Assembly (NCBI GenBank): GCA_038214755.1
Contig: JBBQRQ010000128.1
Location: 1-11,524, forward strand
Origin: Verrucomicrobiota bacterium
Lineage (GTDB): Bacteria > Verrucomicrobiota > Verrucomicrobiia > Limisphaerales > CANJXF01
Length of the DNA stretch: 11,524 nt
Direction: 5' to 3'
This document shows, in pieces, positions 1 through 9,454 of this stretch (positions within the stretch are counted from its first letter, which is position 1; every line of letters starts with the position of its first letter). The translations under genes were made by a program, and so were the position numbers. The notes below the pieces were generated by a model. It worked only from the letters and a program-made list of their open reading frames with translations. It was not told the origin of the DNA and did no database searches.

Positions 1-140
1 ACAAAACACCCGCCTCTCTCTCTTCCCCTGCTGTCCCCCCCCTGCCTCCGGGGCGGGCCCCTCCCCCCCCCGCTTTTAAAAAACCCACCCCCCGGGCGTT
101 TCCCCGCGCCCCACCCCCCCCCCCCCCCCCCCCCCCCCTC
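1..140. other. C-rich low-complexity tract with a 25-nt poly-C run (114-138); probable sequencing/assembly artefact at a contig end
   Basis: Composition differs sharply from the rest of the window, with several C homopolymers and no ORF. It reads as poly-G plus G-rich noise on the - strand, the known failure pattern of two-colour Illumina chemistry. Confidence 0.7.
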
Positions 141-159
141 CTTTCCGTCTGGGTTTTTC

Positions 160-1200
160 TCAGCGAGCTTTGACACGCAAACCTATTTTCTCCGGAGTTT
201 GCGCGAATGATATTTTTCCGTTTGTCGCTGTCGCGCCCAAGTAAGGATCGTTGGTGATGAGAAGATTGCCGTCGATGTCGAGGTGGTCGGTCAATTCCGC
301 CAGATGCGCGGCGGCGGTGATGAGAATGCTCGTTTCGATCATGCAGCCGATCATGGTTTTCAATCCGAGTTTGCGCGCGGCTTGCAACGCTGCGTGCGCG
401 CCGGTGATGCCGCCGGTCTTGACTAATTTCGCGTTCACTCCGTGAAAACATTCCGCGCAATATTCCGCATCTTTCGCGTGATGAAATGATTCGTCGGCGA
501 AAATGGGCAACGGCGAACGCTGCTTGAGCCAAATCCAATCCGCGCGCGGAGCGGACGATGGCATGGGTTGTTCGACAAATTCGATGTTCGGATCTTCGGC
601 GAGCCATTCGATTTTTCGCAACGCGTCCTCTTTGGTTTTCCACGCTTCATTGGCATCGACGCGCACCGTCTTTTTCGGCGCGGCTTCGCGGAGGGCGGCC
701 ATGTTTTTTTCGTCGTCAGGCCCGCCCACTTTCAATTTCAAAATCGGGTAAGGTTCAGCTTCCAAAACTTTTTTCCGAATCATTTCCGGCGTATCGATTC
801 CAATGCTGAACGAGGTCACGTGGCGATTTTCTTTGAATCCCAATTTAAGAAAATCGTAAATCGGCTGATGAACTTTGCGCGCCGCTCCGTCGAGCAACGC
901 GATGTTAAGGGCGCACTTCGCGCCGTAATCACCGGGAAAAGTTTCGAGATAATTCATGCTGCCAGCGATGTCGTCGAACGAAAGTCGGTTCGCATCAATT
1001 TTTTGGAGAAACGTCATGACGGTATTGACGTTCTCGTCGTAACGCGACGAGGGAGCGGATTCGCCGAGCCCGACCACGCCTCCGGAGTCGGTCAAATCAA
1101 GCAGGACGATTTCAAAAATCCTTTTGCCGCTTTTCAGTCCGCTGGCGACGGTCCATTCGTGGGCTAGTTTGAGGTCGAACTTGCGAAAATTCATTTTCAT
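160..1200 (-). CDS. Dipeptide epimerase (L-Ala-D/L-Glu epimerase family, enolase superfamily, muconate-lactonizing-enzyme subgroup), 346 aa
   Basis: Has the KxK motif (LKLKVG), Mg ligands in VDANE, VEQP and ADES, the second catalytic Lys (NAKLVKTGG), GCMIE, and the DxD motif typical of dipeptide epimerases (LDIDG). Also has the N-terminal capping-domain motif GLGESAP. Confidence 0.88.
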   Translation of the reverse strand: MKMNFRKFDLKLAHEWTVASGLKSGKRIFEIVLLDLTDSGGVVGLGESAPSSRYDENVNTVMTFLQKIDANRLSFDDIAGSMNYLETFPGDYGAKCALNIALLDGAARKVHQPIYDFLKLGFKENRHVTSFSIGIDTPEMIRKKVLEAEPYPILKLKVGGPDDEKNMAALREAAPKKTVRVDANEAWKTKEDALRKIEWLAEDPNIEFVEQPMPSSAPRADWIWLKQRSPLPIFADESFHHAKDAEYCAECFHGVNAKLVKTGGITGAHAALQAARKLGLKTMIGCMIETSILITAAAHLAELTDHLDIDGNLLITNDPYLGATATNGKISFAQTPEKIGLRVKAR

Positions 1201-1264
1201 AACGCGCCCAACAAAATCCTAAATGGAGCAGGGTTGCAACTTCTGTTTGGTGAGTGGCTGCCAC

Positions 1265-1330
1265 GTGGCCGCAGAAGTGATGAGGCGAACTTCGAGAAAC
1301 CCTCTCATCGGCTTCCTCGATCAGCGGCTC
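1265..1330. repeat. Degenerate inverted pair of GTAG-type REP-like units
   Basis: 1265-1287 (GTGGCCGCAGAAGTGATGAGGCG) matches 11319-11341 (GTAGCCGTCGGCGTGAGGAGGCG) at 17/23 positions. The reverse complement of 1309-1330 (GAGCCGCTGATCGAGGAAGCCG) is a further decayed copy in inverted orientation. Confidence 0.45.
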
Positions 1331-1380
1331 TGCCTTGGGTCAAACATTCCCGCTAATAGAAATCATTAAACAGAACGAAT

Positions 1381-1398
1381 TCGTGAAATTTTTCACAA
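1381..1398. promoter_or_regulatory. Palindromic operator TCGTGAA-ATTT-TTCACAA; Rex-box-like, also fits CRP-family TGTGA-N6-TCACA
   Basis: One mismatch to the Rex consensus TTGTGAA-N4-TTCACAA. It lies in the AT-rich intergenic region ~190 nt upstream of a respiratory operon. Confidence 0.7.
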
Positions 1399-1404
1399 AC
1401 TTTC

Positions 1405-1433
1405 TTGCACCCCAAACATTCGTTGGCTAAACA
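1405..1433 (+). promoter_or_regulatory. Candidate sigma70-type promoter for the act operon (TTGCAC-N17-TAAACA)
   Basis: -35-like TTGCAC at 1405-1410, a 17-nt spacer and a weak -10 (TAAACA) at 1428-1433, just downstream of the palindrome. An alternative is TTGACG (1507-1512) with TATTCT (1532-1537), 19-nt spacer. Confidence 0.3.
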
Positions 1434-1588
1434 TCATTCGGGTAGAGCAGAGATTCTAATTTTCAACCCGGTTCAAAATTGGAAAAAGTAATGCTGTTTT
1501 TCCCGATTGACGGCGGCGGATGACCCGGAAATATTCTCGCCTCCTGTCGCAGACCCAGAATCGACGAACGATTTAACGAACGCACCAG

Positions 1589-2239
1589 ATGTCAGATATT
1601 TTTCCTAAATGGACAAATCGGCTTCCGCTAAAAATCGCGGTGGGCGCGGCGGTGGTCGTCACTGCGGCGATGGCTGGCGTCAATTATTATGTGACCCCGA
1701 AGTACACCCGCGTCGGTTATCAGCCGATTCAGCCGGTTCATTTTTCTCACGAGATTCACGCGGGCCAACTCGGAATGGATTGCCGCTACTGTCACAACGG
1801 CGTCGAAAAATCCTGGTATTCCAATATCCCGACCGCTTCGCTCTGCATGAATTGTCACAACCAGGTTTTGAAGGACAGCCCGAAACTCGAACTGGTTCGC
1901 GAGAGCGCGTTGAGCGGCAAACCGATTGAGTGGGTGCAGGTTCACATCACGCCCGACTACGTTTATTTCAATCATTCCGTCCACGTAAATCGCGGCGTCA
2001 GTTGCGTGAAATGCCACGGGCAAATCAATCACGCCGATGAAGTGCGCCATGAAAAATCGTTCAGCATGACGTTCTGTCTGGATTGCCATCGCGACCCGGC
2101 GAAGGAAATTCGCGACCCGAAAGATGTTTATAATTTGGATTTAAAAATCAGCGCGGCGGAGCAGGAGAAGATGGGCAAAAAATTTGTCCATGATTGGAAA
2201 GTGAACGCGTCGCAAAATTGCTCGGCCTGTCATCGATGA
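1589..2239 (+). CDS. actA: ACIII subunit A, membrane-anchored pentaheme cytochrome c (216 aa)
   Basis: N-terminal TM helix, GYQPIQPVHFSHEIHAG, five CxxCH motifs (CRYCH, CMNCH, CVKCH, CLDCH, CSACH) and PDYVYFNHSVHV. First gene of the ACIII gene order. Confidence 0.95.
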   Translation: MSDIFPKWTNRLPLKIAVGAAVVVTAAMAGVNYYVTPKYTRVGYQPIQPVHFSHEIHAGQLGMDCRYCHNGVEKSWYSNIPTASLCMNCHNQVLKDSPKLELVRESALSGKPIEWVQVHITPDYVYFNHSVHVNRGVSCVKCHGQINHADEVRHEKSFSMTFCLDCHRDPAKEIRDPKDVYNLDLKISAAEQEKMGKKFVHDWKVNASQNCSACHR

Positions 2240-5200
2240 AAACAATTCCACCCATTTGTCCCGAACCGAAAGTCGGCCCGAAATATTGGCGCAGTCTGGA
2301 CCAATTGGCGGACACGCCTGAATTCAATGAATGGGTCGAGCGCGAATTTCCCTCGGGCGCGAGTGAGTTTAACGATCCGGTTTCACGACGACATTTCGTG
2401 AAAATCATGTCGGCTTCGTTTCTTTTGGGCGGACTCGGTTTGGCCGGTTGCCGCCGCCCCGAAGAACACATTTTGCCGTTTTCGAAAATGCCGGAAGGCT
2501 ACGTTCACGGTGTCGCGCAATATTATGCCACAGCTCGACCAACTCGCGGCAGCGCAGTTCCGCTGCTCGTTAAATCCCACGACGGCCGGCCAACGAAAAT
2601 CGAAGGAAACCCAAATCATCCGTCGAGCAACGGCGGCACGGATGCTTTCACGCAAGCGTCGATTTTGAATCTTTACGATCCCGACCGGGCGATGCGTTTC
2701 ACAAAAAGCGGCAGCGAAAAATCTTCCGCTGACGCTTTCGACGCACTGGCAGACATTTCCAAAAAATTTCAGGCAACTGGCGGTGAAGGGTTGAGTTTTC
2801 TTCTCGAGCAAAGCAGTTCGCCTTCGCGCGAGCGCCTGCAAAAAGTGATTAGCGAAAAATTTCCGAAAGTGCGCTGGTTTATTTACGAGCCGGTTGATTT
2901 GAATGTGGAACGTCAGGCATCGGCCATCGCTTTTGGCCAGCCCGTCGCTGCGGAATATCGTTTGGAAAACGCCAAACGGATTTTATCGCTCGACTGCGAT
3001 TTCCTCGGTGCGGAAGAAAATGCTTTTCGCTCCATTCGCGGATTCGCCAAAGGCCGTAAACTCGAAACGCCCAACGACGAAATGAATCGGCTCTACGTCG
3101 TGGAAGGAATTTTTTCCATCACCGGCATGAACGCGGATCATCGTCTGCGGATTCGGCCCACTCAGATTCCCGCATTGGCCGCGCGTCTTGCTTCGGAAAT
3201 TCTCAAAGGATCAAATCTAACTGGGCTCAGCGACTTGGCTGGTTCCTTTAAAGGCGACGAAAAATGGATTTCTGAAACCGCAAAAGATTTGCTGGCGCAT
3301 GGAAAAAACAGCGTGGTTTTGGCGGGACATCGTCAGCCACTCGCCGTTCATTTGCTCGCGCATGCCCTCAACGATGCACTCGGCAGTGCTGGAAATTCAG
3401 TCGTATATCATTCCATTTCGCAAGCGAACCAAGGCTCGATCAAAGAGTTGACGACCGCGTTGAATGCAAACGAAGTCGATACGCTCATTGTTGTTGGTGG
3501 AAATCAAACTTACACCGCGCCCGCTGATTTGGACTGGTCGAGCGCCGTCGCCAAAGCGAAGGCGATTGTGCGCCTCGGCTATTACGAAGACGAATCGTCG
3601 GTCGGCGCGACGTGGCATTTGCCTGCCGCGCATTTTCTCGAATCCTGGGGCGACGCACGCACCGCTGACGGTACATTCGTTTCGATTCAGCCGTTGATCG
3701 AACCACTTTTCAACGGCGTGACCGAACTTGAAGTGCTCGCTCGCATCGGCGGTTTGAACACGACCCGCCCGCTCGATATTATTCGCGAAACTTTCCAAAC
3801 CATTTCGCCCACTAACTTTGAGGAAGGCTGGAAAAAGTTTTTGCACGATGGCTATCTCGAAAAGAGCGCGGCTCAACCTGTCGCGGCGAAAATAAATTTT
3901 GGCGCAATCAGTCAGGAACTTTCCCGCGCGAAATCTCCCGCCGCCGCCAGCGAACTCGACATCGTTTTCCATCGCGATTACAGCGTCGATGACGGTCGCT
4001 ACAATAACAACGGTTGGCTCCAGGAAATGCCCGACCCCATCACAAAAGTAGTTTGGGAAAATGTCATCATGGTCAGCCCAGCCACGGCCAAGTCGCTTGA
4101 TCTGCGCGTGCTGAAAAATCGCAAGCCCGATGATTTAAAAAATAATGATCGCGGCGTTGTCGCAGGAAACGACATCGTCGAAGTCGAATTGAATGGACGC
4201 AAAGTTCAAGGCGCGGTTTGGGTTCAACCCGGTCTGGCCGACAACACCGTTGCCCTCGCGCTCGGTTATGGCCGCACGAAAACCGGTCGCGTTGGCACCG
4301 GCGCTGGATACAACGCATATTTGCTTCGCACCTCCGATTCTCCGTGGTTTGCCAGTGGCGCGAAAATTCGCAAGACCGGCGAAATGCGCCGCGTCGTTTC
4401 CACCCAGGAACACGGCTCGATGGAAGGCCGCCCGATTATTCGCGAAGGAAATTTGGAGCAGTTCAAAGCGAAACCCGATTTCGCCAGGAACATGGATTTG
4501 GAAGCGCACACGCCGAACGCCGGGCCGATTTACAAGCATCCTTACAATTCGAGTCCCGAGTTGAAGAGCAAAGTTCATCAATGGGGAATGTCCATCGACA
4601 TGAATTCCTGCGTCGCCTGCAACGCTTGCGTCGTCGCCTGCCAGAGCGAAAACAACATTCCCATCGTTGGCAAAGATCAAGTGGAGCGCGGTCGCGAAAT
4701 GCACTGGATGCGCATCGACCGCTACTACGCCGGCGATGTTTCCGATCCGCAAGTCGCCAATCAGCCGATGCTTTGTCAGCATTGCGAAAGCGCGCCGTGC
4801 GAAACCGTTTGCCCCGTCAACGCGACCGTTCACGACGAGGAAGGCATCAACGTCATGGCCTACAATCGCTGTGTCGGCACTCGCTATTGTTCCAACAACT
4901 GCGCGTGGAAAGTCCGCCGGTTTAATTTTTTCGATTTCAATAAGCGTCCCAATAATTTCGCCGACACCTCGAAAGGCGCGTTTGGAAAACTTTATCAAGG
5001 CCCGCTCGCGAAAAAAGAGCCGCTCGAATACGACATGATCAAGATGCTGAAAAATCCCGACGTCACCGTCCGGATGCGCGGCGTCATGGAGAAATGCAGT
5101 TTCTGTATCCAACGAATTGAAGGCGCGAAAATTTCCCAGAAAGTCAAAGCCGGAGCGTCGGGTGATGTGGCCGTTCCAGAGGGAACCTTCACGACCGCCT

Positions 5201-5487
5201 GCGCGCAGGTCTGTCCGGCTGAGGCGATTGTTTTCGGAAATCTTTTGGACGAAAACAGCCGCGTTTCGAAATTGAAAAAACAGGAGCGCGATTACGCCGT
5301 CCTCGGATTTCTCGATACCAAACCGCGTTTGACTTATCTCGCGCGTATTCGCAATCCGAATCCGCTGATGCCCGATCACAAGGAATATCCCGCCAGTTTT
5401 GAAGAATACGAAAAATCCAACGGCGAATCCGGTGAACCAAAACACGAAATGAATGGCGCCGCCCACGGCGAGAAAGGAGCGATTTAA
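2236..5487 (+). CDS. actB: ACIII subunit B, Tat-exported molybdopterin-oxidoreductase-like domain fused to an NrfC/DmsB-like Fe-S domain (1083 aa)
   Basis: Start placed at ATG 2236, which overlaps the actA stop (ATGA), rather than the ORF-track 2194. Has YWRSL...EREFP, Tat motif SRRHFVK, lipobox [28 protein letters not shown], and Cys motifs [36 protein letters not shown] and CSFC...CAQVCP. Confidence 0.95.
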   Translation: MKTIPPICPEPKVGPKYWRSLDQLADTPEFNEWVEREFPSGASEFNDPVSRRHFVKIMSASFLLGGLGLAGCRRPEEHILPFSKMPEGYVHGVAQYYATARPTRGSAVPLLVKSHDGRPTKIEGNPNHPSSNGGTDAFTQASILNLYDPDRAMRFTKSGSEKSSADAFDALADISKKFQATGGEGLSFLLEQSSSPSRERLQKVISEKFPKVRWFIYEPVDLNVERQASAIAFGQPVAAEYRLENAKRILSLDCDFLGAEENAFRSIRGFAKGRKLETPNDEMNRLYVVEGIFSITGMNADHRLRIRPTQIPALAARLASEILKGSNLTGLSDLAGSFKGDEKWISETAKDLLAHGKNSVVLAGHRQPLAVHLLAHALNDALGSAGNSVVYHSISQANQGSIKELTTALNANEVDTLIVVGGNQTYTAPADLDWSSAVAKAKAIVRLGYYEDESSVGATWHLPAAHFLESWGDARTADGTFVSIQPLIEPLFNGVTELEVLARIGGLNTTRPLDIIRETFQTISPTNFEEGWKKFLHDGYLEKSAAQPVAAKINFGAISQELSRAKSPAAASELDIVFHRDYSVDDGRYNNNGWLQEMPDPITKVVWENVIMVSPATAKSLDLRVLKNRKPDDLKNNDRGVVAGNDIVEVELNGRKVQGAVWVQPGLADNTVALALGYGRTKTGRVGTGAGYNAYLLRTSDSPWFASGAKIRKTGEMRRVVSTQEHGSMEGRPIIREGNLEQFKAKPDFARNMDLEAHTPNAGPIYKHPYNSSPELKSKVHQWGMSIDMNSCVACNACVVACQSENNIPIVGKDQVERGREMHWMRIDRYYAGDVSDPQVANQPMLCQHCESAPCETVCPVNATVHDEEGINVMAYNRCVGTRYCSNNCAWKVRRFNFFDFNKRPNNFADTSKGAFGKLYQGPLAKKEPLEYDMIKMLKNPDVTVRMRGVMEKCSFCIQRIEGAKISQKVKAGASGDVAVPEGTFTTACAQVCPAEAIVFGNLLDENSRVSKLKKQERDYAVLGFLDTKPRLTYLARIRNPNPLMPDHKEYPASFEEYEKSNGESGEPKHEMNGAAHGEKGAI

Positions 5488-6911
5488 TGTCGGAGGTCAC
5501 CACAGTGAAAGTGCAAGCTCCACCTCCTGAATTGGCGCGTCAGCCGTTGGTGCTGAACAATCACAGCTTCGCCTGGATCTCGGATAAAATTTCCGGCCTC
5601 GTCGAAGGCAAAACTCAAAAATGGTGGTGGCCCGCCTTCATCATCAGCGCGTCGGTGATGCTCATGATGTTTTCGTGCATCGCCTATCTGATTTCAACGG
5701 GCGTCGGTGTTTGGGGATTGAATCAGCCCGTCGGTTGGGCGTGGGACATTACGAATTTCGTTTTCTGGATCGGCATCGGTCACGCAGGAACTTTGATTTC
5801 CGCCATTCTCTTTTTGCTCCGACAAAAATGGCGCACGTCCATCAATCGAGCCGCCGAAGCCATGACGCTTTTCGCCGTGGTCTGCGCCGGAATTTTTCCA
5901 GTCATCCACACCGGACGCATTTGGTTCGCGTTGTATCCCGGATTTCTAATTCCGTTTCCAAATTCCAATAGCATCTGGCCGCAATTTCGCTCGCCGCTGT
6001 TGTGGGACGTGTTTGCTGTTTCGACGTACGGAACCGTTTCGCTTTTGTTTTGGTATGTCGGACTCGTGCCCGATCTCGCGACGCTGCGTGATCGCGCCAT
6101 CACGAAGGGCCGCAAGTTTTTCTACGGTCTTTTCGCGTTGGGCTGGACCGGCTCAAACCGCCATTGGAGCAATTACGAAAAAGCCTATTTGATTCTGGCC
6201 GGTGTTTCGACGCCGCTGGTTCTCTCCGTCCATTCCATCGTCTCCTTCGACTTCGCTGTCTCGCAAGTTCCCGGCTGGCACACAACAATTTTCCCGCCGT
6301 ATTTCGTTGCCGGCGCAATTTTCTCCGGCTTCGGCATGGTGCTGACATTGCTGGTTCCGTTGCGCACGCTTTGCAAATTGGAGGACGTCATCACCGTTCG
6401 TCACGTGGAGTTAATGTGCAAAGTCATTTTGGCGACGGGTTCAATTGTCGGTTACGCCTACGCCATGGAATTTTTCATCGCGTGGTATGGCGGCAATCCA
6501 TACGAAAAATATGCCTTCATGAACCGCGCGTTTGGTCCGTATTGGTGGGCTTACTGGACCATGATTTCCTGCAACGTGATCAGCCCGCATCTGTTCTGGT
6601 TCAAATGGTGCCGAACTCGAATGTGGTTTGTATTTCTCGTTTCAATCGTGGTGAACATCGGCATGTGGTTTGAGCGCTTCGTCATCATCGTGACGTCGCT
6701 GCATCGCGATTATCTGCCGTCGAGCTGGAGTTATTTCAAACCAAGCTGGGTGGACATCTGCACGTTCATCGGCTCGTTCGGATTATTTTGCACGCTGTTC
6801 CTTTTGTTCATGCGATTCCTGCCGATGATCGCCATCGCGGAAGTCAAAGGCGTCACTGCGCAAGCTGATCCGCATCATCCCGCCGGTGGCGCGAAAGGAG
6901 AACACCATTGA
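5487..6911 (+). CDS. actC: ACIII subunit C, NrfD/PsrC-family quinol-oxidising membrane subunit (474 aa)
   Basis: Has [88 protein letters not shown] and [17 protein letters not shown] overlap with actB and SD AAAGGAG at 5473-5479. Confidence 0.96.
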   Translation: MSEVTTVKVQAPPPELARQPLVLNNHSFAWISDKISGLVEGKTQKWWWPAFIISASVMLMMFSCIAYLISTGVGVWGLNQPVGWAWDITNFVFWIGIGHAGTLISAILFLLRQKWRTSINRAAEAMTLFAVVCAGIFPVIHTGRIWFALYPGFLIPFPNSNSIWPQFRSPLLWDVFAVSTYGTVSLLFWYVGLVPDLATLRDRAITKGRKFFYGLFALGWTGSNRHWSNYEKAYLILAGVSTPLVLSVHSIVSFDFAVSQVPGWHTTIFPPYFVAGAIFSGFGMVLTLLVPLRTLCKLEDVITVRHVELMCKVILATGSIVGYAYAMEFFIAWYGGNPYEKYAFMNRAFGPYWWAYWTMISCNVISPHLFWFKWCRTRMWFVFLVSIVVNIGMWFERFVIIVTSLHRDYLPSSWSYFKPSWVDICTFIGSFGLFCTLFLLFMRFLPMIAIAEVKGVTAQADPHHPAGGAKGEHH

Positions 6912-7489
6912 TGACTCCTCAATCCCAGATGCAAACGGTGACCGGCCATCCGATTTTGTCGCGGCCTTACGCGCTCATCGCTGAATTCTCCACGCCCGCG
7001 GATGCCATTCGCGCGGCGGAGAAAATCCGCGATGCCGGCTTCCGAAAATGGGATGTGCATACACCATTTGCCGTGCACGGAATGGACGCCGCGATGGGAT
7101 TGAAAAATTCCAAAGTCGGCTGGTTTTCTTTTTTTGGCGGATTGACGGGACTGGCCACCGGCATGTCGATGATCTGGTTTATGAACGGGTTCGATTATCA
7201 AATTGTCGTCGGCGGGAAACCATTGTTCAGTCCGCTTTACGCTTTTCCAGTGAGTTATGAACTGACAATTTTGTTCGCTTCTTTCGCCACATTTTTCGCG
7301 CTGTTTGGTTTGAACCGTCTCCCGCGATTGCATCATCCGCTTTTGCGCAGCCGCCGTTTCGTCCAGGCGACGCATGACAAATTTATCGTCGTGATCGAGA
7401 CCGCCGATCCGAAATATTCCGAAGCGCAAACCCGCGCGCTGCTCGAAGCCTGCGGCGCTGATCAAATCGAAATGGTGGAGGAAACTTGA
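6911..7489 (+). CDS. actD: ACIII subunit D (DUF3341 family), two TM helices (192 aa)
   Basis: Has WDVHTPFAVHGMDAAMG, VGGKP, FPVSYELTILF and LPRLHHP. ATG at 6911 overlaps the actC stop (TGATG), with SD AAAGGAG at 6894-6900. Confidence 0.93.
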   Translation: MTPQSQMQTVTGHPILSRPYALIAEFSTPADAIRAAEKIRDAGFRKWDVHTPFAVHGMDAAMGLKNSKVGWFSFFGGLTGLATGMSMIWFMNGFDYQIVVGGKPLFSPLYAFPVSYELTILFASFATFFALFGLNRLPRLHHPLLRSRRFVQATHDKFIVVIETADPKYSEAQTRALLEACGADQIEMVEET

Positions 7490-8103
7490 TGCGATATTTT
7501 CTTTTAAGTTTCTTTTTGATTTGCGTGTTCGTCGTGAGTGTCGCTGGTTTTCGCGGCAGCACCTCGCGCCGGCCGCCCATCGAAATGTTCGACGACATGG
7601 ACCGCCAATTAAAACTTCGTCCGCAAAAAGAGTTCGGTTTTTCAGCGGACAATCGCAGTTCGCGTTTGCCGGTTGCTGGAACGATTGCGCGCGGCTCGCA
7701 TTACGAAGACACGCCCGCGCTAACCGGCAGAATTCCCGGAACGACCAATGGCGTTGACCTCATTCCAATTCCCGTCACCCGCAAATTGTTGCAACGCGGT
7801 CAGGAACGTTTCCAAATCAATTGCCTGCCTTGCCACGGCGCGCTCGGCGACGGCAATGGCATCACCAAAAAATACGGAATGGCTGTAGTCGCGAATCTGC
7901 ATGAGGCGCGCATCGTGAAACTGCCGGACGGAGAAATTTTCAACGTCATCACGTCAGGCAAGGGGTTGATGGGCGCGTATGGAGCCAATGTTGTTCCCGA
8001 AGATCGCTGGGCAATTATCGCTTATCTCCGCGCCTTGCAACGCAGCCGCCTCGCCTCGGTGGAAGATGTCCCGGCGGAAATGCAATCAACGTTTAAAAAA
8101 TAA
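7489..8103 (+). CDS. actE: ACIII subunit E, monoheme cytochrome c with N-terminal hydrophobic anchor (204 aa)
   Basis: Has DMDRQLKLRPQ, PVAGTIARG, RGQERFQINCLPCHG, a distal Met in GKGLMGAY, and DRWAIIAYLRALQ. ATG at 7489 overlaps the actD stop (TGATG). Confidence 0.93.
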   Translation: MRYFLLSFFLICVFVVSVAGFRGSTSRRPPIEMFDDMDRQLKLRPQKEFGFSADNRSSRLPVAGTIARGSHYEDTPALTGRIPGTTNGVDLIPIPVTRKLLQRGQERFQINCLPCHGALGDGNGITKKYGMAVVANLHEARIVKLPDGEIFNVITSGKGLMGAYGANVVPEDRWAIIAYLRALQRSRLASVEDVPAEMQSTFKK

Positions 8104-8104
8104 T

Positions 8105-9454
8105 ATGGATTCGCGTTCAGAAAATTTCGCCGTAGCCGCGCCTCGTGAGAGCGCGGTCGACGTCAAAACGGAGATACCTTCGCGAGGCGCGACTTCCTGG
8201 CCGGCCTGGTTGCGTAACTTGCCAATGATCCTGGTGGTCGTTGGCGGACTGTCCGCGCTCCTCGGATTTTTCACCATTCACGATGGCGGGATGCAACTCG
8301 GCTATTCTTATTTGCTGGCCTACATGTTTTTCCTCAGCGTGTGTCTCGGCAGTTTGTTCCTCGTGATTTTGCATCATCTGTTCGATGCGATGTGGACGGT
8401 GCCGATTCGCCGCGTTCTCGAACACATTGCATTTCTTCTGCCCATCATGGCGCTGCTCTTCATTCCCATCGCGCTGCTCGCTCCGCAAATTTATCCGTGG
8501 ATGAGCATCAACCCGCATGACGACCACTCGCTCCACGCCAAGTCCGCGTTGATTAACCAAAAAGCATTTTACATCGTCGCCGCAATCATCTTCGCCATCT
8601 GGACTTTCCTCACCTACAAACTGCGCGCCTGGTCACTGGAGCAAGACCGCACCGGCTCGGCCAAATGCACTCGCGCCATGCGATTTTATTCGGCGTGGGG
8701 AATTTTTGCTTTCGCGCTCACGCTCACGATGGCGGCGATCTTCTGGATGAAATCGCTCCAGCACCAGTGGTTCTCCACCATGTATGGCGTTTATTATTTT
8801 GCCGGCAGTGTTTGGGTGACCTACGCCACGATTTACGTTCTCGCTTTGGTTTTGCGCGACGCCGGTCCGCTGCGCGACGTCATTCGCCCGCGACAATTTC
8901 TCGATCTTGGCGTGATGTTTTTTGCTTTCACCGTTTTCTACGCCTACATCGCGTTCTCGCAATATTTTCTGATCTGGAACGCCGCTGTGCCGGAGGAAAC
9001 TTTTTGGTATGTCCTGCGCGAACACGGTAGCTGGTATCAAATCGGAATGCTCATCATCTTCGGGCATTTTCTTTTGCCCTTTCTGACCTTGCTGCGAATC
9101 GACTGGAAACTAAAACTCCCCATCATGCTGCCGCTTTGCGCGTGGGCGTGGGTCATGCACTTCTGCGACATGTCGTTCAACATCACGCCCGTTCTGCAAA
9201 TTTTCCGCAAAGCGCGCGTGATGCCCGGCGACCTCGCCGTCAACATGAGGACTGTCACTCCGGACAATTTTGCCATCCATCCGCTCGACCTTGCTTGTCT
9301 CGCGTTTATCGGCGGCGTGCTCGCGCTCGTGTTCATCAAATATTTAAAATCCAATCCTCCGTATCCGCAAAAAGACCCGCGCATCGCGGAAACGATGGGC
9401 GTTTATGTTCCGGCGACCTCCGACATTTCCATCGCGCACGGAGGTGGACAATGA
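8105..9454 (+). CDS. actF: ACIII subunit F, ActC-paralogous polytopic membrane subunit (449 aa)
   Basis: Start placed at ATG 8105, 1 nt after the actE stop; the ORF-track 7979 start lies inside actE. About 10 hydrophobic segments, with W...IRRVLE, IYPW, WMKSL...WFSTMYGVYYF and DLG...YAYIAFSQYFLIWNAAVPEETFWY. Confidence 0.92.
   Translation: MDSRSENFAVAAPRESAVDVKTEIPSRGATSWPAWLRNLPMILVVVGGLSALLGFFTIHDGGMQLGYSYLLAYMFFLSVCLGSLFLVILHHLFDAMWTVPIRRVLEHIAFLLPIMALLFIPIALLAPQIYPWMSINPHDDHSLHAKSALINQKAFYIVAAIIFAIWTFLTYKLRAWSLEQDRTGSAKCTRAMRFYSAWGIFAFALTLTMAAIFWMKSLQHQWFSTMYGVYYFAGSVWVTYATIYVLALVLRDAGPLRDVIRPRQFLDLGVMFFAFTVFYAYIAFSQYFLIWNAAVPEETFWYVLREHGSWYQIGMLIIFGHFLLPFLTLLRIDWKLKLPIMLPLCAWAWVMHFCDMSFNITPVLQIFRKARVMPGDLAVNMRTVTPDNFAIHPLDLACLAFIGGVLALVFIKYLKSNPPYPQKDPRIAETMGVYVPATSDISIAHGGGQ

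Noticed and set aside
1..140. Poly-C tracts as a G-quadruplex/i-motif or phase-variation element
   Set aside because: The tract is at the window edge, compositionally alien and matches poly-G sequencing noise. It cannot be treated as biological without read support.
138..150. Minus strand AGACGGAAAGGAG resembles the Illumina adapter start AGATCGGAAGAG
   Set aside because: The match needs indels and is too short to call.
1562..1583. Short direct repeat ACGAACG twice just upstream of the actA start
   Set aside because: A 7-nt repeat is too short to distinguish from chance.
2194..2235. ORF-track upstream start for actB (and likewise 6908, 7486, 7979 and 9136 for later genes)
   Set aside because: ATGs that overlap or abut the upstream stop (2236, 6911, 7489, 8105, 9451), several with SD motifs, are much more plausible.
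2236..4500. ActB N-terminal region as an active molybdoenzyme
   Set aside because: In the actABCDEF context this domain is established to be cofactor-free, and no N-terminal Fe-S Cys motif of active DMSO-reductase-family catalytic subunits is visible.
4135..5466. 443-aa antisense ORF, plus other long shadow ORFs (568-1167, 3397-3972, 4218-4925, 6875-7465, 9850-10578, 10494-11219)
   Set aside because: They overlap well-supported genes, show no recognisable motifs, and are expected by-products of codon bias in moderately GC-rich coding DNA.
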